A stretch of DNA of 64,000 bases from Chrysomallon squamiferum (Eukaryota; Animalia; Mollusca), in assembly GCA_012295275.1 (NCBI GenBank), contig CM022674.1, positions 3,534,001 to 3,598,000 of the forward strand, read 5' to 3'. The notes below the pieces were generated by a model. It was not told where the DNA came from, did not search any database, and saw nothing but the letters and a program-made list of their open reading frames with translations. Of this stretch, positions 1 to 33,579 are shown one piece after another. The position numbers and the translations under genes are program-made. Every line of letters begins with the position of its first letter. The first letter of the stretch is position 1.

Positions 1-458
1 ACTCAATTTGCTCGTATATCAATTTCATTTTCCCAAATGAATATAATCGAAATACCATTACTCCTTTGCAGCCCCTCCAAAACCACCCCAAACTTGGTAA
101 CGAAAATTTTCTAAATAATGAAATATTGCATAAAAAGTACTGCTTAAGAAATAAATTTGTTTTTTTAAAGTGTACAGGGTTAGGGTTTCTCCATCTTTTC
201 ATGGATAGGGATCCGCAGCTTAGAAATTATTTTTACGCTTTTGGCTGGATTTATAGCCTTTATCCTAACCTGATACATATCGTAAAAGTACGGGGTTGCT
301 GGGCGGATTGTGTATTCTTCATTGAGCCAGCAAGTCGCCCTATCTGAAATTCGCTCGTAACTCGGATTTCGGCTCGCAACTCAAAGCAAAATATCCGGCT
401 ACTGACCGTAACACGCAAAACTCGTAAGTTGGAGCACTCGTAACTCGAGGTACCATTG
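1..458 (-). mobile_element. Second, internally deleted copy of the same Tigger-type element (5' end outside window)
   Basis: 1-458 aligns with ~14845-15541 and ends TCGTAACTCGAGGTACCATTG|TA; it lacks the ~230-bp transposase-coding segment (junction at ...aaaagtac/gggg...). Confidence 0.85.
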
Positions 459-748
459 TACCTATATATCTATATATCTATATATTTGTCTGTATATTTT
501 AAAATCAGTGTTATGGGCTAGGAGTCTGGGTAAGTCGGGTGGGCTACTCTACGAATTGTGATTCTATGAAATTCAAAGCCAGCAGGTTTGAAATAAAAGA
601 GTAAATAAATAAATAAATAAAAATAAAAATAAATAAATAAAAACAATAAAAAAGGAAGGAAAACAAAAATTAAAACGAAAACATAGTTTAGAGGGAAAAG
701 AAAACTATACTAGCGAAGAAAGCATGACAAATTGTCCCTGTAGGTATA

Positions 749-817
<69 letters not shown>

Positions 818-1361
818 TGTATTAAACTCATACGCGATATTTGTAATGTAGCCCATGCATCCGGTAACGAAACTAGTCGATTCTGATTGGCTAACAGGTC
901 ATTTTAAAGGTCAGGAATCTACGCTGACCTTTACACCGGCTTCCATTTCCTGTCTTGCGTACAAATATCATTTTCGGTTGATAAAACAATGCAGACATGA
1001 CATTGTGCATTTACCTCGTGTTTGGTGTTTGTTTCTCCTTTTTTTTTTAAATTTAAAAATCTGAGATGAAAACAACACCATTTGATTTCTGAACTCAGCC
1101 GTCACTCACTGAATTCATGCAGTGAACCGTCTCTTAGGTGATCGTTTACAGGAGTCAGTTTGTATGATTAAAACGTACATCTTTCATCTTTTATTCATCA
1201 CAGAACTGAGACGAAAAATTCGTAAAATAACACACGATATATTAAACGCGTCAGTGAACCGAATCTGTGTTGGGCTTTGCCTTAGCTGATCTAAAGTTTT
1301 CCATATTATTATTATTATAATTATTAAGTATTTATTTTTTATTTTTTATATTTTTTTATAG

Positions 1362-20723
<19,362 letters not shown>

Positions 20724-23700
20724 ATCAGTTAGAAACATGTACGTATTAAAATGAAACAGTTTTGTTTAAACTAATTTTAATTACAATTACAAACAAGGTG
20801 CTGTTAGTTTGAAACATTTACAAATCTTTGTTCTTAAGCAGAAACTGAAACATTATCTAACGGTTTTTCATCTTCTTTCATTTACTTATTTGTTTATTTA
20901 TTAATTTGCTTCCTTAATGGTTCTATGTATTTATTTATTTATATTTATTATCGTTTTCTTATTCGTTGTCCTTATTAAGAACTTTTCTCTACATATTTTG
21001 ATTCCTGCATAATTAAGCAACTTGTTTCCAAATTAATTCAATCTGAAGTTTACACTTTATATAAAACTTATAAAAAGTTAAGATAAATGCTTGTTGGATA
21101 AAGTTAAAATATTCATCACTAGGAAAACATTGAAATTCGTACTACCCACTGCGCATGCGTAGATACGTAAACTTACGTAATTATATATTTATATGAAACG
21201 CACACACTCATATATATCGTATATCAATTGTACATATCATTTTATTTTTCCAAACATGGACGCAAGAAATGATCACTATATCAATTTATTATTTTACACA
21301 CATACGCACTCTTGATCGCACACAAACACATGAACATTATACAAAAATTTAGTACAAAAGTTAAATTCTACTTTGACACTCGTTAAAGTTTCGGTCATTC
21401 GTCTGTTCGCTCTTCCTTTCATGTCGAACATTCGTTCTTTCATTGCTATGACATCATCCCTTTTCTTTCGTTTCAGGTGAATGATGATGGATAACTTTGT
21501 GATAACCAGAGACTTAGTGACGTAAATTTGATCCACGTAAACTCAGCACTATTATTACTTTTGTGATTCTGCAGTACTAACTTTTTATTGACTAATACAA
21601 GACGATTTCTGAGTCCTTGTTAATTCCATGAAAGTATCATTTATTTTTCTGGTCTGTGAAGATATCCTCTTGTATTGTATTGTATTTTGTATCGTATTAT
21701 AGTATATAATGTATTATATAGGAAATATTTAATCAGAGATGTAGAGGAATTACAGGAACCTCAATAATTGGTGTGTTTTTAGTATAAATATTCAGATTAA
21801 TAAAATACAATTAATTATTCGATTTTGAGAATATTTCGGTAAAATAGTTTACGACATATAACTGTAATTAGGACCCCCCAAAAGATATATTTTTATTTGA
21901 TTAACATTATATTTTGTAATAAATTTTGTATATATTTTAGCACAGTCGTTGTTTATTTCTCAAAATGGAGAAAAAAGTAGTGTTGTGTTAGTGCATTACG
22001 TTGTTTTTGTTTTTCATTATTTGAATTTCTTCTTATTTTCCTCTTTTGTTTCTTTTCTTTTTTGGTTTTTCTTTGGACCTGATTTTCAGGATTCTTGGAG
22101 ATTTGTTTCGTTTTGTTTGGGGTTTTCTGGCATATTTTGTTTCTGTTGTAGTATTATCGTTTTCTCTGTTTCTCCTTTTTTTTCTTCCTATTTTCTTTAT
22201 TATTATTAATAATAATATTATTATTATTGCTATTATTATTACTATTCTTCTTCTTCTTCTTCTTCTTCTTATTATTATTATTATAGCTGTTTTTCTTGTT
22301 GTTGTTATTTATTTTGTTTATTTATTTCTTTAGTATTATTTTTTTTGCTCTATTATAATGTGCAAACGTTAAATTAGATTTCCTTAGTTTTGGAGCACAT
22401 ACAGTAATTCACGTTCTCAAAATGTATCTACTGCGTTAACGTAGTAGTTTGGTTTATCGTAAAATTTGTTGTTGTAGAAGTAACAACAAAAGAACAAACA
22501 ACATTCATATTCTTTATGATCATCTTAATCATAATCATCATAATCATCATCACAGTCATGATCACATAGCACAATAAATTATACTAATATCTAGTTTAAA
22601 GGAATCAGAGAGAGAAAAAAAGTAGAAACAAACAGATATTTAGTCTTCAGCCAGATTCGAACTACAGTCAATCATTTTAAAGTCATACAATTCTTCTTCT
22701 TCTTCTTCTTCTTCTTCTTTTTCTTCTTCTTCTTCTTCTTCTTCTTCTTCTTCTTCTTCTTCTTCTTCGTCTTCTTCTTCTTATTATTATTATTATGATT
22801 ATTATTTTTATTTTTATTATTATTATTATTATGTTTGATTCATTTGAGTCCGGGCCAGTCAACCATTTGAAACTTTCTTACAGCATTTTGTATTATGTGG
22901 CCAACACTGGATTAGTGTTAGTATGTTATATTGTTATACAGAAAAGTTAGAATAGTGGTCTTTCATCTTCCTAGTTAGCTCTTGGAGGTGGTCGATAGCT
23001 GGATTCGATCCCAGAAACGTATTCAAAAAGACAAGACGTAGAAACGAAGCTTCCACGATCAGTTATACAAAATGTCACAAAAGCCTGAGTGTAAAGAAAC
23101 CTCGTTATAATTATTAGCTTTTAACTGTAATGTTCACTTATTGTTTATTTTACATCAAATTTAATTTGAAATAAATAGAATAAAAGATAAAAATAACTGT
23201 AATGTTCACTTATTATTCAGTTATACGAAGACTTTTTACTCACACTTTGTGAATCAAGCAGCAGAATATGTTAAATTGTTCCGGAGATAAAATCTGTTTA
23301 ATAATGTACAAATGTTATATATATACATTTAGCTATGAGAGTAGCCGTTATCAGGATCCGATCCCATAAACTATTATTTAAAAACAAAACACGTAACCAT
23401 ACCTCTTCCACATTCAGTTACAGAGAAATTTAGATAAGTCGCAAAGCTCACAACAAAATATAATTTCAGAACCCATGAATAGCACGTGTTGATAAAGCAA
23501 GCGAAATAACTCTAGCAAGATACTGTTCCACGAGAGTTCTTTCCCTTGACTGTCTCGTGTTCCTACTTTTCGTGAATTTGATATTCTCGAAAACGTTATT
23601 TGTTGTTTGTTGCTTGGTTTTTTGTGAATTTTTTTTTTTGTTGTTTTTTATTTTGTATTTTGGTTTCTACTGTTGGTTTTGCTTTGTTGTTTTTGTTGTT

Positions 23701-24195
23701 TGTTTTTACTTTTTCTGTTGTTGTCTTTGTTCTATTTCTTATTTTCTTTTTTATACCAATTATGTTGTTAATATTTAGGTGGCAGATAAACATTCAGGCT
23801 TACATTTGTTTGATGCTTATTTCACACTTTAGATATTCCGTGAAATTAGCTTGTCAGGATTTGTTTAAACTTTGAAATGTTTTACAGTGTAGTGTAACAT
23901 ATACTTTAGCTGGATCGTGGATTCTGTTGATAAAGTTTCTAAGAAATTTAATTAAACAGTTATATCACGAGTTTTATTTTTCGACTTAACGAATATTTAG
24001 ATATCATTATTCATGACGTTTTAACGTGATTTTAAAACATATTCACGTAGCCGTATTATTGTTATTGTTATTACGTCACAGTTCCTGTAGAAGTGGTTTC
24101 TATAGAAACAGTGTTTTAGTAGGTATGTTTTAAAATGAAATATTTGTGTAACAACCAGAACAAAGAAACTAATATATATATAATAAAACAGTGTC

Positions 24196-24358
<163 letters not shown>

Positions 24359-25276
24359 GCGTATGTGTGTGTGTGTGTGTGCGTGTTATGGTATGTATTA
24401 TGACATAAAACTAAACTGAAAATCTATGTCATATATGTTTCTGTATTTTCTTTGGTTTAAATTATTATTGGTATTAGTAGTAGCAGTATTCCGCACACAG
24501 TAATGTTATTACTTATTTTTATATATTTTTATGTTTTATTATACTTATTTCAAATTAAATTTAATGTAAAATAAATAATAAGTGAACATTACAATTAAAA
24601 TATAATAATTATTACCAGGTTTCTTTTTTTATACTCAGGCTTTTGTGACACTTTTGTACCAATTCTTCCACAGATTCTTAATTCGTAAGAGAGTTGCATG
24701 AATATATGTGTATGTCTATATGAGTCTGTGTGTTTGTCTGTGTGTGTCTGATAATATTTAGATATAATTATTGATGACGATTTAACGTAGTTTTATGACA
24801 TTTTCACGTATCTGTATATTTGTTATAGTTATTAAGTCAAATTTCATGTAGAAGTGGTTTCTATGGAAAGTGAGTTTTACTAGGTATGCTCCGTAGAAGT
24901 ATGCATACGAAACTGTATTTCTTTGAGAATCTTTACTTCATAAATATTACTACTGCCACTACTACCACTACCACTATTACTTGTACTGCCACCAGTATAA
25001 CGTATACTACGGCTACGACTAGCTACCACAACAACACTTAGTATACTACTAAACCACCCCTACCAGAAATACTACTAAGCTTCTAATGTTATTAATATTA
25101 CAGCTATGACTATTTCTACTGTTGCTATTGCTACTACTATTACTTACGACCTCTATAACTATTACTGCTACTACTACTACTATTACTGCGACAACTGCTA
25201 CTACCAGTGATAGGGAGTTAAAAAGGAATATTTTTGTAACAACCACAATAAAGAAACAATATAATAAAAAGAGAAG

Positions 25277-25361
<85 letters not shown>

Positions 25362-25826
25362 TAAGATTATGACATCATAAAATAAATTGAAAATCTGTGT
25401 TGTATAATGTTTGAGTATTTTCTGTGGTTGAAATTATTAATATTATTAATATTAATATTATTCTAAATTTATATTATAATATAGAAAAAAGAAGTCTTTT
25501 TTACCTTTTTTTCTATTTATTTCAAATTAAATGACTAATGTTAAATAATAATAACTGAATTAAAGAAATCGGGAGTTAATGAACAAGCGAAACATAAAAT
25601 AAATGATCAGCGAACAGTACAGTTAAAGGATCATAATTATTACGAGGATTTTTGTATACTCAGGCTTTTTTGACATTTTCTACAAATACATTAACAGACT
25701 GAGTGATTGTTATTTGGTAAGAGAGTTATACATATGTGTAGATGAGTGTCTCTCTCTCTGTGTGTTTGTCTTTCTCAATATTATTAAAGTAATATTTATT
25801 ACAGAAAAAGTTTGCATACTGAAATG

Positions 25827-25882
<56 letters not shown>

Positions 25883-25992
25883 CAACATTAATAATAACAA
25901 TAATAATAACAATAATATTGATGTGTGCGTGTATGTGTGTCTGTGCGTTAGAGGACACTTTTGTGAAGTATTAAATGAAAATTAAAATAGAA

Positions 25993-26930
25993 TGTCTGTA
26001 TGTCTATATTTACACATGTCTGTACATCTATATTTACATCTGACTGTACGTCTATATTTAAACATGTCTGTACGTCTATATTTAAACATGTCTGTATGTC
26101 TATATTTAAACATGTCTGTACGTCTATATTTACACTTGTCTGTAATCTATATTTACACTTGCCTGTACATCTATATTTAGTTGTCTGTACATCTATATTT
26201 ACATCTGTCTGTACCTCTATATTTACACCTGTCTGTACGTCTATATTTACACTTGTCTGTACATCTATATTTACATCTGTCTGTACGTCTATATTTACAC
26301 CTGTCTGTACGTCTATATTTACACCTGTCTGTACGTCTATATTTACACTTGTCTGTACATCTATATTTACATCTGTCTGTACCTCTATATTTACACCTGT
26401 CTGTACGTCTATATTTAGACCTGTCTGCACATCTATATTTATACCTGTCTGTACGTCTATATTTACACTTGTCTGTACATCTATATTTACACATGTCTGT
26501 ATATCTATATTTACACTTGTCTGTACATCTATATTTACACTTGTCTGTATGTCTGTATTTACACGTGTCTGTACGTCTACATTGACACTTGTCTGTATAT
26601 CTATATTTACACTTGTCTGTATGTCTATATTTACACTTGTCTGTATATCTATATTTACAACTGTCTGTACATCTGTATTTACACATGTCTGTATATCTAT
26701 ATTTACACTTGTCTGTACGTCTATATTTACCTTTGTCTGTACATCTGTGTTTACACATGTCTGTACGTCCATATTTACAATTGTCTGTACATCTGTGTTT
26801 ACACATGTCTGTACGTCCATATTTACAATTGTCTGTACATCTGTATTTACACATGTCTGTACGTCTATATTTACAATTGTCTGTTTCTCTGTGTTTACAC
26901 ATGTCTGTAGGTCTATATTTACATTTGTCT
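25993..26930. repeat. 24-bp minisatellite, ~39 units, consensus TGTCTGTACATCTATATTTACAC(A/C/T)
   Basis: Directly visible tandem array; gives periodic ORFs on both strands (VCTSIFTx; QTxVNIDV). Confidence 0.95.
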
Positions 26931-27855
26931 GCGTTACTGTTGATGGACAGAACACAATGAAAAAGATAGAGAGAAGACTAATATTTTAAAATGAAGCAGA
27001 AGAATAATAAATAATTAAATAAATAAATAAATAAATAAACAATGTGAACATTATCATCGTTGTTGTTGTTACTACTATTCTTAAATAAACAGAAACAAAT
27101 AATGTTATCATTATTATTGTTTTTGTTATTCTCTTTATTATTATTAGTAATAACATGCTATAGTGTAATATAATATAATATTAAATTATAGAACAAAGCA
27201 AGAACACAAACAAGATGTTTGTTTTAATTTATATTTATTATATATGAATATATGTCGTAAGGTTGGCTATGCAATCGTTCATATCACTGAAACCCACGTC
27301 GTCCATAAAGTAAGGTCGTTGATGACGCCGACGTTGATCTTGTTAACAGACGCAGTTACCATGACAACCGCTTCTTCACGCTGAATGCCATTTGTTGCCT
27401 GAAAATAGAAATTTAGACATGACAATTTTTACTACTATAACAACAAATACCAGTACTGCTATTACTGTTAATAACCCATAACATTATTACCAAGATTACT
27501 AGTAGCACTAGCTATAGTAGCAGTAACAATAATAGCGGTAGTAGTAATAGTAATAGTAGTAAAGGTAGTAGTAGTATTAGCAGTAGTAGTAACAGTAATC
27601 GTAATAACAGAAAATATGATTATTTATTTATTTATTCATTCATTCATTCATTTATTCATTTGTTTATTAAGGCAGACGACAATATTGTTGCTGTTATTGC
27701 GCTCTTTCATTCTCTGTTTCATTCATCTTACTTCATTTTATTTATACATAATTTGTTCATATAAACAGAATGTTTGAACTTAATATTTCAGTATTATTAT
27801 CGTTGTGATTATTATCATTATTATTATCATTGTTGTTATTCTTCTTCTTCTTCTT

Positions 27856-27886
<31 letters not shown>

Positions 27887-28778
27887 TTATGATTATAAAA
27901 TGTTGACCCAACCTTATTGCAAGGGTTCATAATATTTATATTACAATGTAAAAACAGCCAGCCAGTCAAAATTGACAGTGATAAGAGGGGAAGTCCCAGT
28001 TTTCTCACAATGGTGTCTGAACGCGACCAGTCGTTGAACTGAAAATGTATTATGTCTCACTTGACACTGTGACGTTACAGGTAATAGATGACCTCAGACG
28101 TGTTAGTTAATGGCGACAACAAGGGTATCCGATATTACATGATGTAACTGTATTAGGGAGAGAAATAGTAGAGCTCAAATAACGATAGTTTATAATATGG
28201 CGATTTAACCTGTCTGTACTTAGGTTTCTTTCATTACCTGTCTTGTTTTTAATTACACATAAAAAACAATGTATCCAACGACTATCCTTCATTACTTGGA
28301 AATGTCTACTTTCGGTTTCGCTTTTCACGTACTAGTAAACATTTCGGCCTTGAACTGTCGCGAGCGTCCTCACCATGACCTCATGAATAGCACTCTGACA
28401 ATTAACCGCGGCCAATCATTTGCGAGCACGTTTGAACACTTTTAACCGCGAACAGTCATTTCAGGGCTACTTTGAATAATAATTAAACGTGTGTATATAC
28501 AATGATTTTAGCTTTATTAATATCGCTATATACGTCTTCTTTTTTTCCACTCCAGTTTAGCCTAACAAGTGTTTCAACCAGTATCTGGTACTGAAACTGT
28601 AAACTGATTCAAAACTACAAAATTGTATTTCGTATCACTTATTTGAAAATAATTATTAAATAGGCTTACCATGCGCTAATAATAACATAATGTACAAGAC
28701 ACATTCAACTATTTTTGAATTATTGTAATACATAGGCCACATATAACAACTCCAATAACTACTGTAATAAATACGTAA

Positions 28779-28920
28779 CGTATAATAACTTCAGAACTGT
28801 TGTAACATACAAACTACATATAACAACTGCAGAACTAATGTAATAACTACGTCACGTATAATAACTTCAAAACTGTTGTAATATACAAACTACATGTAAC
28901 AACTTCAGAACTAATGTAAC
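28779..28920. repeat. ~76-bp tandem duplication
   Basis: cgtataataacttcaRaactgttgtaaYatacaaactacatRtaacaact..agaactaatgtaa present twice. Confidence 0.8.
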
Positions 28921-29052
28921 TTTAAACCAGACATCCCTGACACATTTTAAGTATATAGTAAACAGGATGAAATATTGATCTATGTCACTACACTTTAAGA
29001 ATATATTTGTCATTCCAGGCCAGTGGGTTGTCAAAAGCTGTGGTATTCGCAT

Positions 29053-29175
<123 letters not shown>

Positions 29176-29630
29176 TTCTCTCTCTGTAACGAAACAAATG
29201 GAACATTTAAAATGATTGAAACAAAAGTTATAAAAAGAGATATTTTACACGTTTTTTTTCAAAATTACAAAATTACAATATATTAATATGTATTCATAAA
29301 CGATAAGATAAAAAAATAAATAATTCAGTACCACACAACAATTATTAAAATTCAACTATTATGGAGCGAGCTTTCAGTCTTTTATCAGTAACCGAACCTA
29401 TATGTGTATATGGTAAAGGAAAACAAAGTCGTCCTTTTCACAGAAGCCATGACAAACCGCTCTCTCTGTCTCTATTTGTCTTTCCGTCGATCCCAAAGCT
29501 ATATTATATATAGAGACGTAGCCCTACCTCTTTCCATTTGGCTCTCGGGAAAACTGAAAATGAACCAAGATTACGAATGGTATTAACTTTCATAGTATGA
29601 AAAGATATTCACAAGCACATATGGATACGA

Positions 29631-30826
29631 TTATTTGGCTGCAGGTTTTTCTAAGATTGTCCAATTGTCTCCCTGTAGTAGCCATTGTGCCATACGTTGG
29701 TATTCAGATACTTCTGGTGAGGAAACGTCAGTTTCTTCTTCCTTACAGTAAACGGTGGGTAGAGATGAAGGCTTCAATCCTGTCCCATTCGAACATTGCA
29801 CAGAGGCTAAAGGCGACGAAGAAGCAGGAGGAAATGATGATGATGATGATGATAAAAAATGTTCATTAAATGACGGGGGATAACTGGAATGTGAATTGTT
29901 ACAAACAACTGGGTCACATTCTTTCAATGGACTCAAATGTACAGAATTTAAATCTTCAGAAGACAAACTGTCTTCATTTGATGAATACGAATATTCAGAG
30001 ACAGTTTGCTCACACGTTTCTGCACGTGAATTTGAGGCTGAACGTGAGAACATACGTTCTGAAATCGAACCGTTAGAAATATCGGATACATCATCATCTT
30101 CAGAGCCGATAAATGGACTCGAATTTTCACAGTTACGTTTTAGACGTTTTGAAACCTGTTTAGGACAGGGATCGTCCAATAAACGTTTCTGACTGGACTG
30201 ATTTGAAAGAGTATCCTGAAAGCAAGTGACTGAGGATGTGAACTTTCATACAGATCAGATTTCAAATCTGTAGATGGGTTCCTTTTTTTTGCTAAAAACG
30301 TTTTGTGAATTTTTGTAAGGAAATCTGACTCGTTGTTAATCCACTCATCAAATGTCGCCTTGTCTTCAAACATTTTCTGAATTTTTATAAAGCATTTTGA
30401 GTCGTTGTTAACCCGCTCATTAAGTGTCTCTTTCTCTTCTGGAGAAAGATCATTAATGCATTTTTCAGCGCTCTCTAAGTATTCAACAGTAATCAACAGT
30501 AATCTGTCGACATTTTTATTTCTGTTTTGAGCTTCTTGAATGTCTCCAGATTGTTTTCATCGTTGAAACATATGAGAAGCGATTTGACTTCCGAAAGATA
30601 ATTGGAGGGAACTTTATTTAAATCCAAACAGCGCTGAATATCAGATTTTAACTCTTCTTCTACAGTTTTCTTACTTGGTCTTTTACCATTATTCGGGTCT
30701 TGTTATTTTTTACCGTTTTTGTAATCAGCTTTTCTGCGGAAAGTTCCCTGCAGCCAAATTTCCATTAAATTATACATTTTCCGCACTTAGTCCAGCCTTC
30801 GACACTTTTTTAACTGTCTCAGGCAT
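29631..30826 (-). pseudogene. Decayed intronless coding-like region (helical repeat part followed by Ser/acidic low-complexity part); family unknown
   Basis: Microsatellite-poor 1.2 kb with overlapping minus ORFs 30140-30496 and 29631-30179 in different frames. The upstream part from ATG 30826 is interrupted by stops and a 10-bp duplication (aacagtaatc x2). Confidence 0.5.
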
Positions 30827-30840
30827 TGCGGTAATTTTTG

Positions 30841-30871
<31 letters not shown>

Positions 30872-31267
30872 AAAATGGAAAAAGAATGTAAAAGTTATAA
30901 ATATATAAATATATAAATAAAATATAAACTGTTCTGTTGTAAAACTACAAAAATGAAAGAAATACCAACAGCTATGTACAGATATAAATCGCTTGGGCTC
31001 TCAAGTGTTTTCGACAGATTTGCTTCACAGCAACGATTTTCGTTTAGCAGCAAATTGTATATCATCGACTCAAGAACGCACGCGGGGCCGGGGGGTGACG
31101 GCCTTTCAATATAAAAGTCCCCATGCCGTCGACGTAGTGGATGCATCGTCTTGGCTTGACATGTCGCCGCCAGAAGATGTGCCGAGACAGCCAAGGATAC
31201 AGCATGCCGACTATGACGTCCTTGTCAGCAAAATCCATCTGCTGCAGCTGGCCTGCTCCCCCAACAA

Positions 31268-31309
31268 ATGACGTCATTGTGTGAGGCGCAGACTCTTTTT
31301 GGCGGGAAC
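31268..31309. promoter_or_regulatory. CpG-richer island with CRE palindrome TGACGTCA and E2F-type TTTTGGCGGGAA
   Basis: Motifs read directly; island ~31000-31350 is far more GC/CpG-rich than its surroundings. Confidence 0.4.
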
Positions 31310-33379
31310 CTGTGATGATGTTAACTTCCTCTACGCTAGCGGCGCAGTCCTGAAGTATTGTGTCAAAACGGTTCAGAAGTATTATGACAAAACAGTCCTG
31401 AAATTTTAAAACATCATCATCATCATTGGGCTGGAGGTGAAATGCACGAATCCATTTTAGATTAAGTTGGATGGGTCTGTTCTATTTTTCCAGCATATTT
31501 AGCTCGCGTAACAACTGGCAGTTCTTAGTCTGGTGATACGGAAACATTCGGATAACATTTAATAATAATAATAATTAGTATTACTACTACTACTATTATT
31601 ATTACATAGTACTAGCTGCAGTAGTAGTAGTTGTTGTTACTGGTGGTGGAAGGATTACGGCGATGTTTGTTAAATAAAAAAAAAATAATATATTTATTTT
31701 TATTATTTACCAAACATTTTCTGCAGTCATCAGTACGCCACATAGAAATCCGAAGACGCCATTTGCAGATGCCCGGTGGATCTTCCCGCGGAAAAGCTAA
31801 CATCATTTTGTGAGGCGCAAAATCTTTTAGCCGGGAACCTGCGATAATGTTACGTTTCTCTCCGAAGTGAAATAATAGTGACGAAGGAAATTTGAAAATA
31901 AAAAACATTATCATCATCATTATCATCATTATTATTATAAACAGTAGTAGCAGCAGTAGCAGTAGTAGTAACAGTAGTAGTAGTAGCAGCAGTAGTAGGA
32001 ATGTAATTACCACTACTGGTACTACTATTATTACTACTGCTGTTATTGTTGCCTTTGTTGTCGTCGTCGTTGCTATATAAAGCAAATGACCAGCACTTAG
32101 ATTTTGCATAAAACAACCAAAAAAAAATAATAAATAATAAAAACAGACAAAGAAAGAAACAAATAAATAGATAGAAAGATAAATAAATAAATAAATAAAT
32201 AAATAAAAAATTTCAAAATAGCAAAATAGCAAAATGTTTATGAAATGGTGCTAATGTAGTGTTCGCCTACGGAGTGTGGGGAATGGGTGTCACATTTTAA
32301 AATCTATGATGGGTTTTATGAGATTGTCACTGGACTTGTCCGGGGTGCTGCTGGGTTCGCGGACGCAGTCTACGTGCAAAAGTTCAATCAGACGTACATC
32401 AGACTACAAAACATCACGTTTTATACACTCGCACGTGTACGAGACTAGTGACATGTTTTGAAGCCTGTTTTGTAAACAGTCACCATCTATCATTACACCA
32501 TCAAATAAAATGGGCCAACCATGACGACAGTGAATATGATCAAATTTCAACATGGAGCTGTAAGTAAAAATAAACACTATATATAGTCATTTTACTGGCT
32601 GTAGAATTCAAAGCATGTCCCTTTATCGAACAAATGAATTGGTTTAAAGTCTTTATCCTTTATATTTGTTCAAATTAGGTGTCTTAGACCTCTATCTCGT
32701 GTTGGGCCTGTAACCTGGTATTCTTAGGTCAAAAGGCATAACTTATACTATGACTGCTGTATTACTGTATAACAAACTACAAAACAACAATAATTACTAC
32801 TTCTACTACAACCACATCTACCCTACTACATCTACTACTATTACTACTAGTACATCTACTATGAGAGTTACATATGTATATATGTGTATATTACTGTGTG
32901 TTTGTGTGTGTGTCTTTCTCAGTAGTATTAAAGTGATATGTATTAAAGAAAGAGGTATAGACCGCGACCAGCCATTGTACTGAAAATGTATCATGTGACA
33001 CTGTGACATTATCTTCCACGTCATAGCTAAACCTCTGAACTGTTAGTTTATGATACCCGTCTGAAGTTACATTTGTACATATTTTAGTGAGGGAGAAACA
33101 ATAGTGATGAATGGTGGAGCTTAGATTGTTGTTCGTTTAAAATACCGCGATTAAATTAATCTCTGCTTTCCTCTCTTTCACAAATAACAAAATGTTTTTA
33201 AAAAAAGGCAACAACAACAACAACAAAAAAAAAAACAACAACAGAAAACAGCCAGCTATCAGAAATGATAGTGGGGAAAAGGTAACTCCCATTATTTTTT
33301 TTCAAATGTTAATTTATAATATGACGATTAAATCTATCTGTGCTTTCCTTGTTTCAAAATACTACTACTACTACTACTA

Positions 33380-33579
33380 NNNNNNNNNNNNNNNNNNNNN
33401 NNNNNNNNNNNNNNNNNNNNNNNNNNNNNNNNNNNNNNNNNNNNNNNNNNNNNNNNNNNNNNNNNNNNNNNNNNNNNNNNNNNNNNNNNNNNNNNNNNNN
33501 NNNNNNNNNNNNNNNNNNNNNNNNNNNNNNNNNNNNNNNNNNNNNNNNNNNNNNNNNNNNNNNNNNNNNNNNNNNNNNN
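33380..33579. other. Scaffold gap (200 N)
   Basis: Run of N. Confidence 1.

Noticed and set aside
21294-21536. 80-aa ORF repeated at 57430-57672
   Set aside because: Starts at GTG; its recurrence is explained by the recent inverted duplication, and the copies at ~37.7 and ~48.3 kb have an in-frame stop and a deleted start.
25993-26930. CRISPR-like appearance of the 24-bp array
   Set aside because: No unique spacers, eukaryotic context, no cas genes; it is a minisatellite.
30841-30875. Poly(A) tract as the tail of a plus-strand retrocopy
   Set aside because: The better reading frames are on the minus strand and no target-site duplication was identified; similar A-runs occur elsewhere (13871, 41289).
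31062-31277. 71-aa minus ORF and 92-aa plus ORF in the GC-rich island
   Set aside because: No recognisable domain or splice support; open frames are expected in GC-richer DNA.
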